Below are positions 58,702-64,000 of a stretch of 64,000 nt of DNA, piece by piece; positions within the stretch are counted from its first letter, which is position 1; each line of letters begins with the position of its first letter. The DNA comes from an uncultured Chloroflexia bacterium. Lineage in GTDB: Bacteria > Chloroflexota > Limnocylindria > Limnocylindrales > CSP1-4. The notes under the pieces are model-generated. The model worked only from the letters and a program-made list of their open reading frames with translations, was not told where the DNA came from and searched no databases. Where the stretch lies: NCBI GenBank assembly GCA_963781845.1, contig CAWAHN010000004.1, positions 256,050 to 320,049 on the forward strand, given 5' to 3'. A program made the translations under genes and the position numbers.

Positions 58702-59166
58702 ATGTCGCTGAACAAGGCGATGATCATCGGCAATCTCGGGCGGGATCCCGAGATGCGCTACACCCCGAGCGGCCAGGCGGTCACCCAGTTCACGGTCGCC
58801 GTGAACCGGAACTTCAAGGGCCAGAACGGGGAGTGGCAGGAAGAGACCGAGTGGTTCCGGGTCGTCGTGTGGGGCCAGCAGGCCGAGCGCGCGGCCGAGT
58901 ACCTGCGCAAGGGCAACAAGGTCTACATCGAGGGTCGCCTGCAGACCCGTCAGTGGGAAGACCAGACCGGCGCCAAGCGGTACACCACCGAGCTCGTCGC
59001 CAACCAGGTCACGAACCTCGAGCGCCGGACGCGCGACGAGTCCGACGAGGGCGCCCCGGCGGGCGCCGCCCGACCGACGCGCCCGGCACCCGCCCCGGCC
59101 GGCGACGGCGGGGGTTCCACCGGCGAGAAGTTCGACGACGGCAACTTCGACGACCTGCCCTTCTGA
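58702..59166 (+). CDS. ssb: Single-stranded DNA-binding protein
   Basis: The ATG at 58702 follows GGAGG. The OB fold is MSLNKAMIIGNLGRDPEMRYTPSGQAVTQFTVAVNR...WFRVVVWGQQAE...YIEGRLQTRQWED, and the C-terminal tip is DDLPF. Confidence 0.95.
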   Translation: MSLNKAMIIGNLGRDPEMRYTPSGQAVTQFTVAVNRNFKGQNGEWQEETEWFRVVVWGQQAERAAEYLRKGNKVYIEGRLQTRQWEDQTGAKRYTTELVANQVTNLERRTRDESDEGAPAGAARPTRPAPAPAGDGGGSTGEKFDDGNFDDLPF

Positions 59167-59208
59167 TCGCACCACTCACCCGACGACAGCACGGAGACCT
59201 GAACCACG

Positions 59209-59478
59209 ATGCCACCCGTCACCCGAGCCAAGAAGCGAGACGACTACTACCGCGATCGGCGACGACGGAAGGTCTGCGCCTTCTGCGCCGACAAGACCGT
59301 CCAGATCGACTACAAGGAGGTCAACCGCCTCCGCCGCTACCTGTCGGAACGCGCCAAGATCGAGCCGCGTCGCAAGACCGGCACGTGCGCGGGCCATCAA
59401 CGCGAGCTGTCGGTCGCGTTGAAGCGCGCCCGACACGTCGCTCTCCTGCCGTACGCGCCCCAGCACCTGCGGCCGTAG
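59209..59478 (+). CDS. rpsR: 30S ribosomal protein S18
   Basis: The sequence [60 protein letters not shown] identifies S18. Confidence 0.95.
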   Translation: MPPVTRAKKRDDYYRDRRRRKVCAFCADKTVQIDYKEVNRLRRYLSERAKIEPRRKTGTCAGHQRELSVALKRARHVALLPYAPQHLRP

Positions 59479-59509
59479 CGGTCGCGCGGGCGGTCAGCGC
59501 GGGTCGCCG

Positions 59510-60343
59510 ATGCCGGATGCCGGGATCGCCCTCCTGATGGTCGCCAGCGGTGCCGCGGCCGGGTTGTTCGGGTCGCTCCTCGGCCTCGGCGGCGGCGTCC
59601 TGATCGTGCCGATCCTGACCCTCGGGTTCGGTCTGCCGCTGCGCGAGGCCGTCGGGGTCAGCCTTGTGGCCGTGATCGTGACGAGCTCGGCGGCCGCCAG
59701 CGTCTATCTCGAACGTCACGTGGCCAACCTTCGCCTCGGGATGAGCCTCGAGCTATTCACCGCCACCGGTGCCCTGATCGGTGGGACCGTGGCGTTCCTG
59801 TTGTCCGAGCAGGTCCTCGCCGGGCTGTTCACGGTCCTCCTGGTCTACACCGCCCTCACCATGGCTCGGCGACGCGAGCCGGCTCCGGGCGACGATCCGA
59901 TCCCCGACGAGCAGCCGCCCGCGCCCGCGTCGGGGTTCACCAGCGCGCCGGCCCACCCCGAGATCCCGCCGTACGCGATCCGCCACCTGGGGTGGGGGAT
60001 CGTCGGGAGCCTGTTCGCCGGCGTGGTATCCGCGTTGCTCGGGATCGGCGGTGGCCTGATCAAGGTCCCGCTGATGAACCTGGCCATGGGGGTGCCGCTG
60101 CGGGTCGCGACGGCGACGAGCAACCTGATGATCGGCATCACTGCCGCGGCGAGCGCGATCATCTATCTCGTGCGCGGCGGCATCGACCCCTACGTCGCCG
60201 GCCCGACCGCGGTCGGGGTCTTCCTCGGGGCGTCGCTCGGCTCGCGCACGGCGCACCGCATCGATGTCCGCCTGCTCCGCATGATGTTCGTCGTCGTTCT
60301 TCTCTTCACCGCCTGGCAGATGGCCGGGCGCGCGCTCCGATGA
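59510..60343 (+). CDS. TauE/SafE (TSUP) family anion/sulfite exporter-like membrane protein
   Basis: It has 8 hydrophobic helices in two repeats, with GSLLGLGGGVLIVPIL and SALLGIGGGLIKVPLM motifs. Confidence 0.82.
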   Translation: MPDAGIALLMVASGAAAGLFGSLLGLGGGVLIVPILTLGFGLPLREAVGVSLVAVIVTSSAAASVYLERHVANLRLGMSLELFTATGALIGGTVAFLLSEQVLAGLFTVLLVYTALTMARRREPAPGDDPIPDEQPPAPASGFTSAPAHPEIPPYAIRHLGWGIVGSLFAGVVSALLGIGGGLIKVPLMNLAMGVPLRVATATSNLMIGITAAASAIIYLVRGGIDPYVAGPTAVGVFLGASLGSRTAHRIDVRLLRMMFVVVLLFTAWQMAGRALR

Positions 60344-60726
60344 CCGGGAAGGCGCTGCCGGCGGCGAACGGCCGGCCGGGTCGCGATCTCGAGCGGTCCG
60401 TCGCCCGTCTCCTGACGGGCGGGACATATCTGAGCATCGGCCTGATGGCGATCGGGGTCGTCCTGATGCTGATCGACGGGGTCTCGCCACTCGCGGTCGC
60501 GCCGCCGTTCGATCCGGCCTCCATCCCGGCCGACATCCTGGCCCTCCGACCGGTCGGGTTCCTGTGGCTCGGGCTCCTGGTCATCCTGGCCACCCCGCTG
60601 GTCCGGGTCGCGGCCTCGGGCATCGGCTTCGCCGCTGCCGGGGAGCGCCGGATGGCGCTCGTGGCGGTCGCGATCCTGGCGGTGATCGCGGTCGGCGTGT
60701 TCCTCGGCGTCGCGGTCGAGCACTGA
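60340..60726 (+). CDS. DUF1634-type small membrane protein (usual partner of TauE/SafE genes)
   Basis: Its ATG overlaps the tauE-like stop (ATGA). The motif is LERSVARLLTGGTYLSIGLMAIGVVL...LGLLVILATPLVRV, with 3-4 TM helices. Confidence 0.65.
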   Translation: MTGKALPAANGRPGRDLERSVARLLTGGTYLSIGLMAIGVVLMLIDGVSPLAVAPPFDPASIPADILALRPVGFLWLGLLVILATPLVRVAASGIGFAAAGERRMALVAVAILAVIAVGVFLGVAVEH

Positions 60727-60728
60727 TC

Positions 60729-61778
60729 GTGGAACTCGGTCTGCTCGTCGTCGCCTTCCTGATCATCCTGCTCGGCGCGGAGCTGTTCACCAACGGGATC
60801 GAATGGTTCGGCCACAAGCTCGGGCTGGCCGAGGGGGCCGTCGGGTCGGTCCTGGCGGCGGTCGGCACGGCGTTGCCCGAGACGATGATCCCGCTCATCG
60901 CGATCCTGGCCGGGACCGGCGTGGCATCGGACGAGGTCGGCATCGGCGCGATCCTGGGTGCGCCGTTCATGCTCGCCACCCTGGCGATGTTCGTGACCGG
61001 GACCGCGATCCTCCTGACCGCCCTTCGACGCAGGACGGGCGCGACCCTCGATGTCGACGGCCCTGTCCTGGTCCACGACATGAAGTTCTTCGCGGTCGCC
61101 TACGCCCTGGCGATCGCGGTCGCCTTCTTGCCCGCCGACCTGACCTGGCCGCGGATCGGGGTCGCGATCGTGCTCCTGTCGATCTACGCCTACTACGTCC
61201 GGGAGCACTTCCAGGCGGAGGCCGGGGAAGGCGACCCCGATCTCGCGCCGCTCCGGCTTCATCGGCTGGACGTGCGCGCTCCCAGTCACCCCGAGCCGCC
61301 CCGCCTGCGGATCGTGACCATCCAGGTGCTCGTCGCGCTCGCCTGCATCGTCGGCGGGGCGTACCTGTTCGTCGGCGCGGTGACCGACCTGTCCAAGTCG
61401 CTCGGGATCGACGAGGTGCTCCTGGCGCTGATCATCGCCCCGATCGCGACCGAGCTGCCGGAAAAGTTCAACAGCGTCATCTGGGTCCGCCAGGGGAAGG
61501 ACACCCTGGCGATGGGGAACATCACCGGCGCGATGGTCTTCCAGAGCGTCATCCCGACGTCCGTCGCCCTGGTCTTCGCGTCGTCGAGCTGGGCCGTGAC
61601 AAGCGACTCGATCCTGGCGTTCGCCTCCGCCGGGATCGCGTTCCTGTCGGCGGGCATCATCTTCCTGCCGCTCGTCCGGGGGCGGCCGCTGGGCGCCCGG
61701 ACGCTGCTCGTCGGCGGGCCGCTCTACCTGCTGTACGTCGGCCTGGTCCTGCTCAAGCTCGCCGGTGTCACCGTCTGA
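60729..61778 (+). CDS. Sodium/calcium exchanger (CaCA, YrbG-like) family membrane protein
   Basis: GTG lies at 60729. Alpha-repeat motifs are GSVLAAVGTALPETMIP and LIIAPIATELPEKFNSVIWV. There are about 10 TM helices. The upstream part of ORF 60564 overlaps the previous gene and is not coding. Confidence 0.8.
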   Translation: MELGLLVVAFLIILLGAELFTNGIEWFGHKLGLAEGAVGSVLAAVGTALPETMIPLIAILAGTGVASDEVGIGAILGAPFMLATLAMFVTGTAILLTALRRRTGATLDVDGPVLVHDMKFFAVAYALAIAVAFLPADLTWPRIGVAIVLLSIYAYYVREHFQAEAGEGDPDLAPLRLHRLDVRAPSHPEPPRLRIVTIQVLVALACIVGGAYLFVGAVTDLSKSLGIDEVLLALIIAPIATELPEKFNSVIWVRQGKDTLAMGNITGAMVFQSVIPTSVALVFASSSWAVTSDSILAFASAGIAFLSAGIIFLPLVRGRPLGARTLLVGGPLYLLYVGLVLLKLAGVTV

Positions 61779-61820
61779 GTCCGAGGAGGACCGCCCCTCA
61801 CCGGGAGCGATCCTGCCCGC

Positions 61821-61829
61821 TGGTATACT
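61821..61829 (+). promoter_or_regulatory. Candidate extended -10 (TGgTATACT) upstream of ilvE
   Basis: A TGnTATAcT match lies 66 nt upstream of ATG 61895, in the 116-nt spacer. Confidence 0.35.
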
Positions 61830-61894
61830 CGGCCGACGCCTCGCAGCCGACCCGCGCCCGTTCGCGGGACCAGCCGGAACCGGAGCCCCCGACC

Positions 61895-62887
61895 ATGCTG
61901 ACCGAGAAGACCACGCCGGACCGTCTCGAACCCGCGCCCGCAGCGACCAGACCGGCCGTCCCGGTCGATGACCTGATCTGCTACTTCGAGGGCGCGTACG
62001 TCCCGATGCGGGACGCCAAGGTCAGCATCATGACCCACGCGTTCATGTACGGGACGGCGGTGTTCGAAGGGATCCGTGCGTACTGGAACCCCGAGCAGCA
62101 CGCGCTCTACGGTCTGAAGATCCGCGAGCACGTCGAGCGGATCCGACGGAACGCCGGGATGCTCCTGATGGACGACCTGCCGTCGGTCGACGCGCTGGTC
62201 GAGCTGATCCTCGAGACGGTGCGGAAGAACGGCTTCAGCGAGGACGTCTACGTCCGTCCGTCGTTCTACAAGTCGTCCCGTCAGATCGGCGTCCGGCTCC
62301 ATCACCTCGAGCACGAGCTGTACATCGTCGCCCTGCCGTTCGGGAACTACATCGACACCGAGGCGGGCGTCCGGGTCATGTCGTCGTCCTGGCGCCGCAA
62401 CATGGACGAGACGATCCCGGCCCGCGGCAAGATCGTCGGCGGCTACGTCAACATGGCCTTCCAGAAGTCCGAAGCCGAGCTGAACGGGTTCGACGAGGCC
62501 CTGGTGATGACCGCCGATGGGCACGCGTCGGAGGGCTCCGCGGCGAACCTGTTCGTCGTCCGCGACGGGGTCCTCCTGACTCCGCCGGTGACCGACGACA
62601 TCCTCGAGGGGGTCACCCGCAAGGCCATCCTCGAGATCGCCGCCAACGAGGGATTCCCGATCGAGATCCGATCGATCGACCGGTCGGAGCTGTACATCGC
62701 CGACGAGATGTTCCTGGTCGGGACCGGCGTCCAGGTCTCCCCGGTGATCGAGATCGATCATCGGGCGGTCGGATCGGGCGAGGTCGGCCCGATCTCGCGC
62801 GTCGTGCGCGAGCGCTACTTCGCGGCGGTCCGCGGACGACTACCCGAGTATCGCCACTGGCTGACCCCGATCGGCGAGGGTGGCTGA
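61895..62887 (+). CDS. ilvE: Branched-chain-amino-acid aminotransferase (class IV PLP enzyme)
   Basis: The ATG is at 61895. Blocks present: THAFMYGTAVFEGIRAY, VYVRP, GKIVGGYVNMAFQKSEA, EGSAANLFVV and ILEGVTR. Confidence 0.9.
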   Translation: MLTEKTTPDRLEPAPAATRPAVPVDDLICYFEGAYVPMRDAKVSIMTHAFMYGTAVFEGIRAYWNPEQHALYGLKIREHVERIRRNAGMLLMDDLPSVDALVELILETVRKNGFSEDVYVRPSFYKSSRQIGVRLHHLEHELYIVALPFGNYIDTEAGVRVMSSSWRRNMDETIPARGKIVGGYVNMAFQKSEAELNGFDEALVMTADGHASEGSAANLFVVRDGVLLTPPVTDDILEGVTRKAILEIAANEGFPIEIRSIDRSELYIADEMFLVGTGVQVSPVIEIDHRAVGSGEVGPISRVVRERYFAAVRGRLPEYRHWLTPIGEGG

Positions 62888-64000
62888 GGATCGGGCGTCG
62901 ACCCTGACCGCGGGTCCGCCGGCGCTCACGGCGCCATCCCTTCCGGACCTCGTCGACGAGGCGCCCGCATCGAGCTCGGAGCGACGGGATTCATCCGCGT
63001 CCGCGGCGGTCGGACCGGTCTCCGACGCCGGCGACCCGACGCGAGCGCGCCTGATCCAGCGCGTCCTCGAGATCGTCCCCGGCCTGGTCAGCTGGCTGCT
63101 CATCCTGAGCCCGCTGATCCTGTCCTTCCGGTTCCCGGCGATCGTCGCCGTGTTCGTCCTGACGTTCGACTTCTACTGGCTGTACAAGGCGATCGTGTTG
63201 ACCGGAAGCGTCTGCGTGACGTTCGGCCGGATGCGTCGGACGATGGCCGCCGACTGGCGAGCACGCGCCCTGGCGCTGGGCGACCCGGCCGGTCGGCTGG
63301 TCGACATCGAGCGGCTCGTCCCGCTCGTTCGGGCGAGGATCGACCGGCTCGAACGCGACGGCTGGGCGCTCGCCGCGGTCGGCGGTCGGCGGGAGCTCCT
63401 TCGCCTCGACGCCGAGCGGCGGGACCTCGCCCGGCTCCTGGCCGCCCGGCCCGACCTGGCGGCCGATCCGCGCCGGCTGTTCCACGTGGCGTTGGTCCCG
63501 ACGTACACGGAGCCGTACGAAAAGCTGTACGAGACGGTCCGGGCGTTGGCCGAGGCCGACTACCCGCGGGAGCAGCTGATGGTCGCGATCATCACCCGCG
63601 ACACGGACCTGGCCGGCCGCCACAACGTCGCCCGGCTGCGCGAGGTCTTCGGTGACCGGTTCCTCCACTTCTTCCACATCCTCGATCCACTCGAACCGGG
63701 CATCGTCGTGGGCAAGAGCTCGGCGATGGCCTACGGCGGTCGCTGGCTGTACCGCGAGCTGGTCGAGCTCGGGTTCGACCCGGCCACGGTCGTCGTGACC
63801 GACCTGGACTCCGACTACCGGGTCCACCCGCAGTATTTCGGCTACCTGACGTACACGTTCCTGACCGACCCGGATCGGTTCCGCCGGCTGTACCAGCCGA
63901 TCCCGATGTTCCACAACAACCTGTGGGACACGCCGCTGGCGGTCCGTCTCGTCGCGGTCGGCGCGACCCACGTCCAGATGTGGCGATCGCTGACGCCGCG
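62880..64000 (+). CDS. Membrane-associated family-2 glycosyltransferase-like protein (3' end beyond the window)
   Basis: It is absent from the ORF track because it has no stop within the window. GTG at 62880 overlaps the ilvE stop by 8 nt. Two TM helices (LVSWLLILSPLILSF, AIVAVFVLTFDFYWLY) are followed by LVPTYTEPYEKLYETVRALAEADYP...VVTDLDSDYRVHPQYF (GT-A fold, DxD-like). Confidence 0.6.
   Translation, partial: MAEDRASTLTAGPPALTAPSLPDLVDEAPASSSERRDSSASAAVGPVSDAGDPTRARLIQRVLEIVPGLVSWLLILSPLILSFRFPAIVAVFVLTFDFYWLYKAIVLTGSVCVTFGRMRRTMAADWRARALALGDPAGRLVDIERLVPLVRARIDRLERDGWALAAVGGRRELLRLDAERRDLARLLAARPDLAADPRRLFHVALVPTYTEPYEKLYETVRALAEADYPREQLMVAIITRDTDLAGRHNVARLREVFGDRFLHFFHILDPLEPGIVVGKSSAMAYGGRWLYRELVELGFDPATVVVTDLDSDYRVHPQYFGYLTYTFLTDPDRFRRLYQPIPMFHNNLWDTPLAVRLVAVGATHVQMWRSLTP

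Overview
This is a 64-kb window of a very GC-rich chromosome, roughly 70% or more G+C, with GC3-saturated codons and many stop-free antisense ORFs. Gene order is Actinomycetota-like: polA..coaE..uvrB..uvrA, then uvrC..rapZ-yvcK-whiA-tpiA-secG. Content is mostly core functions. Replication and repair: dnaE (3' part), polA, mutM, uvrB, uvrA, a UvrD-like helicase, uvrC, recJ and ssb. Protein export: secD, secF, secG, tatA and tatC. Central metabolism: coaE, pyrF, tpiA, gpmI and ilvE. Ribosomal: rpsF-ssb-rpsR. There are also nine tRNA genes: Leu x4, Val, Phe, Gly, Gln and Cys. Accessory material interrupts this backbone in five places. (1) A partial Tad/Flp pilus module (tadE-tadE-tadG-cpaB) sits at 15.0-18.7 kb; an flp pilin (54.2 kb) and a REC-CpaE/TadZ-like ATPase (56.8-58.0 kb) lie far from it. 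(2) There are three ECF sigma loci. (3) One ECF sigma (29.8 kb) is translationally coupled to a single-pass membrane protein whose outer domain is a paralog of the SecD periplasmic head encoded 2 kb downstream, including an 86-nt patch that is 84/86 identical. I consider this the most novel candidate. (4) A histidine kinase, response regulator and ECF sigma lie in series on one strand. (5) A tRNA-studded, compositionally patchy segment at 49.3-56.8 kb carries lemA/htpX-like, yccF-like, a PD40 lipoprotein, small membrane peptides and a gene remnant, but no integrase. Three genes show clear frame disruptions: the response regulator, secF and a PD40/TolB-like gene. A fourth disruption probably hides inside an apparent MutM-ABC-F fusion ORF. 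This pattern is most simply explained by assembly indels, so the fusion and pseudogene calls are provisional. Many adjacent genes overlap by ATGA, GTGA or 8 nt, which implies translational coupling. Several genes have a TANNNT box 4-8 nt upstream of the start codon and are candidates for leaderless mRNAs. No rRNA genes, CRISPR arrays, transposases or integrases were seen.
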